Source: Podarcis cretensis (taxonomy: Eukaryota). Taken from it: DNA of 64,000 nucleotides. Location of the stretch: the NCBI GenBank assembly GCA_951804945.1, contig OX638149.1, positions 34,038,001 to 34,102,000 of the forward strand, written 5' to 3'. Of this stretch, positions 11,081 through 22,101 are shown one piece after another (the first letter of the stretch is position 1; each line of letters begins with the position of its first letter). The position numbers and the translations under genes were made by a program. Under the pieces are notes generated by a model. The model saw nothing but the letters and a program-made list of their open reading frames with translations, had not been told where the DNA came from and searched no databases.

Positions 11081-11306
11081 CGTAATAATAAACGTAATTG
11101 ATAACCAGTGATGCAAACAATACAATCAAAATCGCATTAAAAGCCAGAACCAGCATGGATAGTGATGAAAACAGGATACAAATCACAATCAAGAACACTA
11201 AATAAAGAACACTAAAGCAACTTTATCAAAAGTGGAGACTAATAATATGAATATCAAACTTCAAAGTTGTATTACAATAAACTTTAAATGTTATTGATAG
11301 ATGTTA

Positions 11307-11653
11307 GGTAAAGGTAAAGTACCCCTGCCCGTACGGGCCAGTCTTGACAGACTCTAGGGTTGTGTGCTCATCTCACTCTAGAGGCCGGGAGCCAGCGCTG
11401 TCTGCAGACACTTCCGGGTCACGTGGCCAGCATGATGAAGCTGCTCTGGCGAGCCAGCACCAGCGCAGCACACGGAAACGCCGTTTACCTTCCCGCTATA
11501 AAGCGGTACCTATTTATCTACTTGCACTTAAGGGTGCTTTCGAACTGTTAGGTGGGCAGGAGCTGGGACCGAACGACGGGAGCTCACCCTGCCAACCATG
11601 CGATCGGCAAGTCCTAGGCGCTGAGGTTTTACCCACAGCGCCACCCGCGTCCC
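11307..11653 (-). mobile_element. Sauria SINE
   Basis: (AAAGGT)n tail at left, head cccacagcgccacccgcgtccc at right. Flanking AGATGTTA at 11299-11306 and 11658-11665. The B-box region is partly deleted. Confidence 0.92.
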
Positions 11654-11884
11654 TGAAAGATGTTAAGATGTTAAGGTAATTTTTAAAAGCCTGTGCTCAT
11701 AATAAGAAAATATTGGTCTGGCATTGAAAAGACATCAACATAGGTATCAGGTTAGCTTCTCTATGGGAATCACTCCACATTCAGTTTGAGCACTACTGAA
11801 AGGCCATGCCTCTGAAGGCCACCACCGAAAAGCCCACCCTCCATACTTTAGCTTCTGGACACACTTGGGGAAGTGCCTCCATTT

Positions 11885-12005
11885 GCAGGAATGGCTCTGT
11901 AGATGCTGCTAGACTACAACTCCCATCACTCCTTGCCATTGGCCATGCTGGCTGGCATTGATGAGAGCTGGGGTCAAACATCTGCAGAGCCACAGGTTCT
12001 GCCTG
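11885..12005. mobile_element. Degenerate palindromic hAT-type MITE
   Basis: agatgctgctagactacaactcccatca...tgatgagagctggggtcaaacatct are inverted arms. Same family as 25594-25733. Confidence 0.6.
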
Positions 12006-12400
12006 AAACCCTGGAGAGATGCTGCCAGGGTGTGACGCAGCCTTTCCTTTTTCTTGAGGGCCAAGTGCCCTCAGGAGTAATCTGTTTGAGGCCACATGAC
12101 AGAGGTGGATGAGACCAAAGCCAGGCACCTCTCTCTTTCTTCCATCCTTTCCTTTCCCTCCCCACTCGGCAAACTGCTGTGGGAGGTACAGACCGCTCTT
12201 CATCTTGGTCACTTACAGAGGCCTTTTGAAGTTTGGCCGAGAGCTGCTTGAGATTAGGCCAAGAGCTGAACATAGCCATACGGCTGCTGGCTGCCCAACC
12301 CTTGCTGGAAGCAGTACTGAGTTAGATGAACCTAGGCCTGACTTAGGCGAAATACACACCTTACATTTAATGCTCATTTACATCACCTGGGAACTATAGT

Positions 12401-12731
12401 TAAAGGTAAAGGGACCCCTGACCGTTAGGTCCAGTCATGGCCGACTCTGGGGTTCCGGCGCTCATCTTGCTTTATTGGCCGAGGGAGCCGGCGTACAGCT
12501 TCCGGGTCATGTGGCCAGCATGACTAAGCCGCTTCTGGCGAACTAGAGCAGCGCACAAAAACACTGTTTACCTTCCCGCCAGAGAGGTACCTATTTATCT
12601 ACTTGCACTTTGACGTGCTTTTGAATTGCTAGGTTGTCAGGAGCTCACCCCGTCGCGGGGATTCAAACCGCCGACCTTCTGATCGGAAAGTCCTAGGCTC
12701 TGTGGTTTAACCCACAGCGCCACCCGCATCC
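12401..12731 (-). mobile_element. Sauria SINE (second subfamily)
   Basis: aaaggtaaagggacccctgacc...ttccgggtcatgtggccagcatgac...cccacagcgccacc. Confidence 0.92.
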
Positions 12732-12976
12732 ATTAGTTTATCCCTTACAGACCTACAATTATCAGCACTCAAACAACTAGTTTTCAGGATTTTTGGCGGG
12801 GGTGGGGGTTGCTTTAAATTTATGTGTGTGCACAGCCTCAGTATAAAGCACCTTCCTCTGTTTATATACATCCTACGGGAAAAGCTATAATGTGGGAAGA
12901 TCTTCTCAGGAACAATTCCTTTCATGAACTAGTTAGTCTCCAGGCCTCTTCCGGTCTTCTTCTGCTTTAAACATTT

Positions 12977-13350
12977 AAGGTAAAGGTAAAGGTACCCCTG
13001 CCCGTATGGGCCAGTCTTGACAGACTCTGGGGTTGTGCGCCCATCTCACTTAAGAGGCCAGGGGCCAGCGCTGTCCGGAGACACTTCCGGGTCACGTGGC
13101 CAGCGTGACATCGCTGCTCTGGCCCGAGCCCGAGCCCAAGACAGAGCCGCACACGGAAACGCCGTTTACCTTCCCGCTGGTAAGCGGTCCCTATTTATCT
13201 ACTTGCACCCGGAGGTGCTTTCGAACTGCTAGGTTGGCAGGCGCTGGGACCGAGCAGCGGGAGCGCACCCCGCCGCAGGGATTCGAACCGCCGACCTTTC
13301 GATCGGCAAGTCCTAGGCGCTGAGGCTTTAACCCACAGCGCCACCTGCGT
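12977..13350 (-). mobile_element. Sauria SINE (young subfamily)
   Basis: Near-exact reverse complement of 6929-7292, with a small CCCGAG-type expansion at about 13122-13141. Confidence 0.95.
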
Positions 13351-13759
13351 GAGGCTAGTTATTCTTTGGGGAGCAGTGAATTTCTGTGAAACATAAAGTG
13401 ACCAATCAACTTGTATATTTAGGAAAGAAATTCCTTAAGTGTTAATTTGAGGCAATTATCAGGGCTGCAGCTTGATATCCAATAGTGGCATGATTATATA
13501 GTAGTATTTGTTTTAGAAAATCATAGGAGTTCAGTCAGTTCATGCCACTCGTATCTATCATAATGAAGGATATCCTGCTTCAGTCCCTGCTAGATTTATA
13601 TTCATTGACCCCCACTGTGATAGAACTAATGGACAGAGGGCATCTTAGTACCATGCAAACACATGGTTGCTGACTGACCAGCTTACCCTGCACAGATTTG
13701 GGCTACTGAACTAGACTTCCAGCTACCACACACTTAACTGAAGTGACTCCTGCCTATAT

Positions 13760-14125
13760 GGTAAAGGTAAAGGCAAAGGGACCCCTGACCATTACGTCCA
13801 GTCATGGCCGACTCTGGGGTTGCGGTGCTCATCTCTCTTTATTGGACGAGGGAGCCAGTGTACAGCTTCCAGGTCATGTGGCCAGCATGACTAAGCTGCT
13901 TCTGGCAAACCAGAGCAGCACACGGAAACGCCGTTTACCTTCCCGCCGGAATGGTACCTATTTATCTATTTGCACTTTGGCGTGCTTTTGAACTGCTAGG
14001 TTGGCAGGAGCAGGGACCGAGCAACGGGGGCTCACCCTGTCGCAGGGATTCGAACCGCGACCTTCTGATCGGCAAGCCCTAGGCTCTGTGGTTTGTGGTT
14101 TAACCCACAGCGCCACCCACGTCCC
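13760..14125 (-). mobile_element. Sauria SINE (second subfamily)
   Basis: Same architecture as 12401-12731. B box ggattcgaacc (GGTTCGAATCC on minus). Confidence 0.92.
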
Positions 14126-15061
14126 TGTATAGTATCTTCACATTAATTTCTGGTAATGATGGGAATTCCCCTCCCTCCCCTCTCGATCACTCTGCTGTGG
14201 TGACTAGCAGGTCTTACTAGTACAGTTCTTTTGCTTGTACGTCTTGGGTCTAGAGGGTGGACCTGCATATGGAAGCATGTAAATTGCCTAGTCTACCTAT
14301 ACTCCTCTGGTATGCATTTGTTCTGAGATGTGTCCATAGTCTGCAAAGTGAAACCTAACCGGTGGTCCTTTTTACCTAGCTCTGCTAATGCCTTGACCAC
14401 CTAGCACTAAGAGTTTCTTGGACACCAAGATGCCTTAAAAGTTGTTTTGGAAAACAGAATCCCAGGCAGGAGGGAATGAAATGCAGCTGTTTGCAGAAAC
14501 CCCCCCAAAACACAAAGCTTAAAATCCTTCCTGCTGATTGGCTGGATTACGTATAGTGTGGGTCACTGCTTTATAATAATTGTTGGTTATTTTCCCCCAT
14601 TAAAATGAGCACTAACTAAATATTAGAAACAGCTTTTAAAATGAACTGGGAATGTGGATATGCCTAGAGCCTTTATTTTCATTGCCTGCATAATAAGAGG
14701 ATCTGAGAAGGCAACATTTCACATGCTCTAATGTCTTTTGTTATATAATGAACTTTAATTTGATTTTCCTTCATAGGGAATCCTAGAATCAAGCTTAGGG
14801 AATCCTAGAATCCTGTGCGCAGAGAAAAGCTTAGTAGGAAGATAAATGCCAAATGTTCCCAGGTGTCCATGTTGGTGAAAATATGATATACCTAAACATT
14901 TTATCAAAATTAATATTCCTTCTGTCTCTTCAGGCATCTTAAGTTTCTAGAAATTTGGCAATGTACTTTTTATTTTTTATTTTTAAAGTTTATTTCTTAA
15001 ACATAACATGCTGGTGATACCCAAATGTATTTCTCCATGTCAGATGGGGATTTGTAAGTGT

Positions 15062-15402
15062 GCTGTGGGTTAAACCACAGAGTCTAGGACTTGCCGATCA
15101 GAAGGTCGGTGGTTTGAATCCCTGTGAGAGGGTGAGCTCCCATTGCTCGCTCCCTGCTCCTGTCAACCTAACAGTTTGAAAGCATGCCAAAGTGCAAATA
15201 GATAAATAGGTACCGCTCCAGCGGGAAGGTAAATGGCGTTTCCGTGCGCTGCTCTGGTTCGCCAGAAGCAGCTTAGTCATGCTGGCCACATGACCCAGAA
15301 GCTGTACGCCGGCTCCCTTGGCCAATAAAGCGAGATGAGCGCCACAACCCAGAGTCGGCCACTACTGGACCTAATGGTCAGGGGTTCCTTTACCTTTTAC
15401 CT
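15062..15402 (+). mobile_element. Sauria SINE (second subfamily), slightly 5'-truncated
   Basis: gctgtgggttaaaccacagag...gtcatgctggccacatgacc...cctttaccttttacct. Confidence 0.9.
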
Positions 15403-15535
15403 ATCTGGGCACTTATTGAGATGGATGAGGCAAAAATTAACTGAAACTGAATCCTGCCAAGATGCAGTGGCAGAGCATATGCAACCGCCAACCAGGGTGC
15501 ACACGCAAGGTGCCCCCAAAATGGGCAGAGGGAGG

Positions 15536-15850
15536 ACTTCCGGGTCGGCGCCATCGCCGAATGGCGGACTCCCTCCGAGCTCCGGAGGGAGTCGGCTGGG
15601 TAGGGGTCGGGTCCTGCCGTGCCGGCGACGCGGGGACCCTCAAAAACCATGGGCGGAGATGCCCATGGACTTGGTGACTCGGCGGGCACCGTTTGCGCCC
15701 CCCCGACCCGCGAAGGAGCCTTTTTAAAGGCTGCGGAGCGGGTGACGGGGTGTGTGTGGTGCTGTGAGTCCAATGCTTCCCCTGCCCAGCGAAGCCGCAT
15801 GCCATTCGGCAGAGAGCAACGACTTCTTCTTTGAAAATTTCGGATTTGGA
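15536..15850 (+). promoter_or_regulatory. CpG-rich internal promoter-like leader of the non-autonomous element
   Basis: ETS motif ACTTCCGG 15536-15543, inverted YY1 cores CGCCAT 15549-15554 and ATGGCG 15561-15566, and dense CpG. Promoter activity is inferred by analogy with L1 5' UTRs. Confidence 0.55.
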
Positions 15851-17276
15851 CTAAAAGGAACAACCCGTGAGTAAATTGATTGGACTTAAAAGGGAAATTT
15901 GATCTTTGAATTTGGAGCGAGCGGGGGGAGTGCAAAAAGGAAGTCCGCCCCCCCCTGTTGTAGATGGCTCAACGCAAGGATTTGACAACTAAGATCGAGA
16001 GATGAACTTGTTTACCTGAAAAAAAATTTTAACTTCACGAAGGGAAATTACAATAATTGTGCTGGAGGAGAAGACTGATTTGTGGGAACTAAAATGCAAC
16101 CCCCCCGGGAACCGGGAACGATCCGCTATGAGAGACTGGTGAAGAGACACAGAAACTTTGACAGCTGTCAAAGTAGCTGTCAAAGCAGGAAAATAAAAGA
16201 GAACTTTGTTACGATGGCTTTGCTGGTTAGATTTGTTACAATTTGGACATAAATTATTGGAAATAAAGGCAACAAGTTATTTGACTTTTGGGTCTGATTT
16301 TGAAAGAAATTAAGTTACTATATTCCCTCTAGAGGGAGGCTGGGACATTGCAACAGTAGCAGCAAGTGGAAAAATACTATGAATTTGAGCAGGATCTGTT
16401 ATCTCTTGGGAAAGCTGCAAAAACGAAGCATTATTTTGTCTACAGAGGTTTCTATACTAAAGGAGACAATGGATTTATCTATTGAAGAAAGGAAGGGACT
16501 TGACGCAAGTTATGTTCCTGAATAACAAAAGCCTCTGTGGAGAACAAGAAGTTTCTGAATTAGAAGGTTTCTGCAGCAGAACAGGAAAAAGCAACCTGAG
16601 GAATAAGAGCTGGACCAAATTTGAAGCCGGAGTATTTGGAACATCCAGACTTTAAAAGGACCAAGAAATAGAATTTAAGTTAGACTCTTAAACATAGAGG
16701 TCTGGATGGAAGAACAATGACTTTTTCTGAGAGTTTTTTCGAGATTGGACTTTCTGAAATTAAAAGCTATCAAAAGACGGCAAAGTGGAGTTGAGATATA
16801 GACGTGGATACACCAGGCTGGCAGTAGACAATGGATGAACTTTGGGGATTGGAACCGGGGAATGGGGGGGGGGGAGATTTGGAATCCAAAGGCTGTAAAA
16901 TTATATATTATTTCTTTCTTTTCTTTTTTCATGTTTGTTGTTTGAAAATAGGGGAATTCGTGGAAGGGAAATGGGGTCGATCTTAGGGAATTATATAAAA
17001 TATAAGGAGAAATGGTTCATTAAGATAAATAAGATAAATTAATTTGGAATAAATGGGTTATTTAAAATTACAAATAAGGTTTTAAAATTTGGGGTAAGAA
17101 TCTGTGGAATCAATTTAAGGGAAATGGAATACAAGAGGGGGGGGGAAGTCCGGGAAAGATGCCACTGAAACCAAGTGTAAATCATATTTGTTTTTTCTTT
17201 CTTTCTTGCTATCTTTCCTTTTTATTCTGGAAAATTTTTAATAAATATTATTTAAAAAAAACAAAAAAAAAAACAA
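15537..17276 (+). mobile_element. Full-length non-autonomous L1-dependent retroelement (~1.74 kb)
   Basis: 20-bp TSD CAAAATGGGCAGAGGGAGGA at 15517-15536 and 17277-17296. CpG-rich 5' leader. Ends AATAAATATTATTT plus poly-A, the same terminus as the L1 copies. No RT or endonuclease ORF. Confidence 0.85.
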
Positions 17277-17699
17277 CAAAATGGGCAGAGGGAGGAGGGA
17301 GCCCACTGTGCCCCTGGGTCACGCCTGACCCAGTAGTGGAGCTGCGGCTGGGCATGAGAAAGCTGCCTCGGCAGCTCCCTCATGGGCCACAGCCCAGCTG
17401 AGGAGAGGGGCAGCAGATTTGCCATTGACTCTTCTCTCCTCTCTCTGTCCCTGGACCAGGCTTGACCCAAGGGTGAAGCTGGGACTGAAGGAAGATGTAC
17501 GTAGTCTGGAAGTGCTCCTAAACTCAACCTTATCCTTCAGAGCAGAACTAGATTTCAGCGAGTCAGAGCGCTTGTGGCCAGCATTAGCCGGCTTGCCAGC
17601 TTTGACTCTTCATGGAATGTTCCTACTCCTGGGTTGTAGCCTCACCCCCACCCCCATGCTGATTAGTCCACAGGTTGTATTCAATATAGTGCTAAGTAG

Positions 17700-17875
17700 T
17701 ACTTTGCATGAATGGAATGACTTGTCCTGCACTTCTCCCCCTCTCCCACCACAATGCTCCCTAAATCTGCCTGGGCTTTTTTCCAACCCAGATTTGGAGT
17801 CAGTGCAGGACATGTGGGGCGGGTGGCGGCGGCGGGGGTTATTTGGGTAAGTGGAAGGTGTTCCGCTCACACATT
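17700..17875. repeat. Degenerate palindromic interspersed repeat (MITE-like)
   Basis: ccctaaatctg...cagatttggag arms. Similar-looking sequence lies at about 37060-37200, 41225-41300 and 59180-59320. Confidence 0.35.
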
Positions 17876-19409
17876 TTTTTTTAATTGGGATGTCATCCTA
17901 TGTTTCTTTCTGTTACAGTATTAGCAACAGCATGCTTAAACAAATATTCCTCAGTTTCCAACAATAACCAAACATCCAAATTTTTGCACCCCAGCATATA
18001 GAATTGGTATATTGTGTGTTAATTTATTTCATTAATTTTGCTCTTCTAGATAATAAATAGCTGTAAAGAACTTGCAGTCCCCAAGATGGGAGAAATCGGT
18101 TCAGTCATTCTAAAGTTCTCTTATCTACAATACAGGGCAATTTATTCACTGGGAAGAATTGGAGATTAGATGTCTGCTGAGGTTATTTATGATTAATCAT
18201 GTGGATATCTCCCAATTCAGCTTTGTTTTTGGGGGACATGTAACTAATCAGAATGATGTTAAAAGATGACAGATTTTTTTGTAGCCACTAGTCTGTTTCT
18301 TGGATATCATAAATACCTAATGGCAACCTAATACTGTAATTTAGTTATCCAGTTGTGGGATTGACTAGACAACTGTTCCTCTGGGAGTAATTTAAACTTT
18401 AATTTTAAGGAATGTGTCCTGTTACAGGTTAAACATCTGTATACAGAGGTTGTATCTTTGTGGTTTGTGTTATGCATATGTACTGCCTCTTTCCATATAC
18501 ATTTTAAATTAAATCTGTGTTCTATGAAATCCACATATTGCCTTCAGAGACCACCTACATCAAAACTCTGACATCATGTTTTCTTTGAGATTCATTGTGG
18601 TAAATTGTACAGATCATTCTTGCCAGCCCTTACTATTGTTACAAGTGAGCAGTTTGCTAATCATGCAGAAGAGAGGTAATTGCAGCAATGCTTTCTGGAT
18701 GCACATTTGTTTATACTTTCCAGAGAATAAAAGAATTAATCTAATCTGTGTATACTCATAGGATTGCTCTACTTGACTTCAATATATCAATCAGTCATCT
18801 CCATGCATTATGATTTAATGACTTCAATCTAACCCAGTTTGAGTTCTCCAACCACCTATCTCCTTGCACTATTTGCTGCGTGTCTGCATTTAATCTATTA
18901 AATACCATTGTTTCCTTTGCACATAGGCTCTGAAATACTGAAAGTATTTTGTAAAAAACTTCATTTTATTAACACTATTAGTCATTCTAAATCCACTTTG
19001 CATGTAATGTCACATAAAAAAGCGGTCTTAATCAGCGCTTGCAGTAATTATAACAATGATAACCTAACTGCCATTGTGCTTAAATGGTGACAATTTCAGT
19101 GAGATTGAATGAGCGGCATATGATTTTCATAGAACACAAAGCAATAAGAGAATGGTTTCTTTTGAATCATTGTTAACTTCAGCAACAAAAGCAATCCAAT
19201 GTAAATGATGTTTCTTCATGAGCTGTTTTACAATGTTTTGCCATGTTTATAGTAGGCCAATGATTTATTTAGTACTTTTGCATTCTAATTTTTTAATGCA
19301 GATTTTCAGCAAAGTTCATCAAAATGCATATGATGCAAAAATAGGTAGAAGATAAATATATTGTAAAGAGGAGGTTCATCACCATCATAATCATCAACAA
19401 CAACATGAT

Positions 19410-19460
19410 GACTAGATGACCCTCATGGTCCCTTCCAACTTTACAGTTCTGTGACTATGA
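19410..19460 (+). mobile_element. CR1 3' terminal fragment
   Basis: gactagatgaccctcatggtcccttccaactttacagttctgtgactatga parallels 1101-1145. Confidence 0.7.
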
Positions 19461-20114
19461 GCATCACTGGTAATACACTCTTGCATATCCCCTTCTCTTC
19501 ACACATCATTCCCTGACATTCAATGACTGAGGTTAACCCAACTTGCTCAGAGCTGAATTTGACACAGGAGCCTCTGTGTAGCTCTAGAAGTACTGAATGG
19601 GGCAACTGTGCATTAGGCCTGCATGAGAAGATGTTGTGATTATTCCTCTACAAACCTTGCATGAAACAAACCAAAAAAAGATAAATAACAAAAATATAAT
19701 ACATTTAAACCTGTTTGGAGATGCCATTTGGACATTGGATGAGACAATTTAAGATTTTGATCACTCTGAACACCACCAATGTTATCATGAATGTGTTACT
19801 TAAACACATTGGGAAACAAAGCAAAACCAAAAAAGACCTCTGGAATTGCACAGAAGCAACACACACATTTGTAGATCAATTTCATACTTGGTTATTATCA
19901 TCAACACAGCAATGCACAGTGTGCAAAGAATTGGGGTCATTCCTGCTATCCCCACTCCTGATCTCCTGATATGATAGTTTCTCCAGAGCCCATGGATTCA
20001 TACAACTTCCACATGTGTATGCTTCCTACATAATCAGCTTCCTACATAATCAGGAGCAAGTAACAGGCTAATACAGTTTCTTGCGTGAAGGCTGCCTCCT
20101 CTGCCAAATATTCA

Positions 20115-20297
20115 CAGAATCATAGAATTGTAGCGCGGGAAGGGATCCCAGTCATTTACTTCAACCCTGTGCAATGCAGGAATCACAGCTAAAGAATCCT
20201 TGATGGATCCATCCAACCTGTGCTCAATGACCTCCAATGAAGGAGAGTCCACTACCACCTTCCAAGGTAGTCTGGTCCACTCTTACCATCAGAAAGC
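20115..20297 (-). mobile_element. CR1 3' end fragment
   Basis: agaatcatagaat tail, then acctccaatgaaggagagtccactacc (antisense VVDSPSLEV). Confidence 0.75.
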
Positions 20298-20428
20298 AAC
20301 CACTTCATGTTGCCTTATGAGAAGCCTTGCCCTGGATATAGTATGCAGTGGAGAGATCCAGAAGGATAGTCTGTCTTAGGAGGTCTTGATTCTCTTCCAA
20401 ATCCTCTATCCTGGCATTAAGTCTATTA

Positions 20429-20590
20429 CAGCAAAATCAACAGAGAATCATGTGGCACCTTAAAGATAATAATAAACTTATTGTGGCATAAGTTTTTGGG
20501 ATGAAGTGGACTCCAGTTCTCAAAAACTTACGTCATCTTAAGTTTGTTAGTCTTTAATGTACCACAAGACTCTTTGTTGTTTTCCTCTGT
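20429..20590. mobile_element. Inverted pair of degenerate Penelope pLTR ends
   Basis: Left arm aacagagaatcatgtggcaccttaaaga is the reverse complement of right arm tctttaatgtaccacaagactctttgtt. A decayed hammerhead core (gatgaagtggac...caaaaactta) lies at about 20500-20530. Confidence 0.65.
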
Positions 20591-21229
20591 GGCAGGAACA
20601 GTTGATAAGAGATGAGAAATCATTTACTGTGTTGTAAAATAATCAGAATTATTAGAATTAAATGAATGGAAAGGGAGACAAGTGGTAGCAGAATATGTGG
20701 AACAGAGGTGCCTGATTCCAAATCGTGTGTGAGAGGGTGGCAGATAATCCTGACTCCTGAAGTTGAATGCCATCACTTCTGCCATTGCTGTATGATGGCC
20801 CCATAGTGCAATAAGAAAGCTGGGCTGCCACAATAACATTCTCGCTATCATGGAGTACCTGACAATATTTGATACTTATTTGACACATAATAATTTGGAT
20901 ATAATGAAACTCCAGAACTGGCAAATTGTAGGAAGCTGGAAATTGATGAGTCCTTAAATTAATTAAAATGAAACAACTGAGAAATAGTCATTTAAACAAT
21001 TCCATTTTCATAATTCATAAATGATTAAATCTTTATTAATTAGGGTTGCCATATGTGTGGATTTTCCCAGCGGTGAAAAATTCCCAAAAAAGCTCAACAA
21101 CTGATTTTTACTTCTTGAAATATGTATCTAGTACAGTATTGCACTGAGACCAAGCAAAAGACTTTGGTTTTTGAAGTTTGGATATCAGGTGCACTGCTTA
21201 TGGTTGTTAAAAGATAATGACACAATAGA

Positions 21230-21303
21230 TGCTAGTCTTTCAAATGCTCCAAGAGCCTTGTTGTTTTCTGCTACAACAGATTAACGTGGCTATCCTTTAG
21301 GAA
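21230..21303 (+). mobile_element. Degenerate Penelope tail fragment
   Basis: tagtctttcaaatgctccaagagccttgttgttttctgctacaacagattaacgtggcta resembles 20548-20590 and 7293-7355. Confidence 0.5.
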
Positions 21304-21859
21304 GATTCCCTGGGGAACATGAAATCTCTTTCTAGTAACACTATCGTGTTAAACCTCCATTTCCATCACTACAATTTCACGGTATTTGCCTTAGCTAAGT
21401 CATTTAACTACCTGGAAATGTTCTTCCACGCTTCCCCTTGCTTCCTGTCCTGTGCTTCAAGGAGGGGTGACAGGGGAGAAAATGAAGGGTTAAAAAGGAA
21501 GTGGAGAGGGAACAATAATTTTGCTTTTAAAATGGCAGTTGCCCAAAACTGCTCATGGGCTTGGAATGTTAAACAACTCCTGGTGAGGTGTATTAATGGT
21601 CAAGTGATGTAGTCATAGGTATCACATGCCTTTCCAGTTTATCATCATGGCCCCTCAACCACACACACAAACACACAGCTATGTTTTTGTAGAGGCATGG
21701 GGGTAGCACTCCACAGCTACTGGAAAAAGGAATATTTTCCTAATACACCGTATTTATTTACATCTCAACTATAATACGATGATTTGCTTTTAGCTGTACT
21801 TCTTCTTTAGTAATTAATGCTGATAAGTGGGTTGTGTAAATAAAGTAGAAATAAGACTA

Positions 21860-22101
21860 CAGTGGTACCTCAGGTTACATACGCTTCAGGTTACATACGC
21901 TTCAGGTTACAGACTCCGCTAACCCAGAAATATTACCTCGGGTTAAGAACTTTGCTTTGGGATGAGAACAGAAATCGTGCTCCGGTGGTGCGGTGGCAGC
22001 AGGAGGCCCCATTAGCTAAAGTGGTGCTTCAGGTTAAGAATAGTTTCAGGTTAAGTACGGACTTCCGGAATGAATTAAGTACTTAACCTGAAGTACCACT
22101 G
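21860..22101. mobile_element. Tc1/mariner (Tigger-like) MITE
   Basis: TIRs CAGTGGTACCTCAGGTTA / TAACCTGAAGTACCACTG, TA flanks, and internal TCAGGTTACA repeats. Confidence 0.92.

Noticed and set aside
15335-15935. Overlapping 70-181-aa ORFs
   Set aside because: GC-rich, stop-poor sequence of the retroelement leader, open on both strands with no recognisable domain.
21870-21912. Short regularly spaced repeats (CRISPR-like)
   Set aside because: Tandem TCAGGTTACATACGCT units inside a MITE. No unique spacers, no cas genes, and the DNA is eukaryotic.
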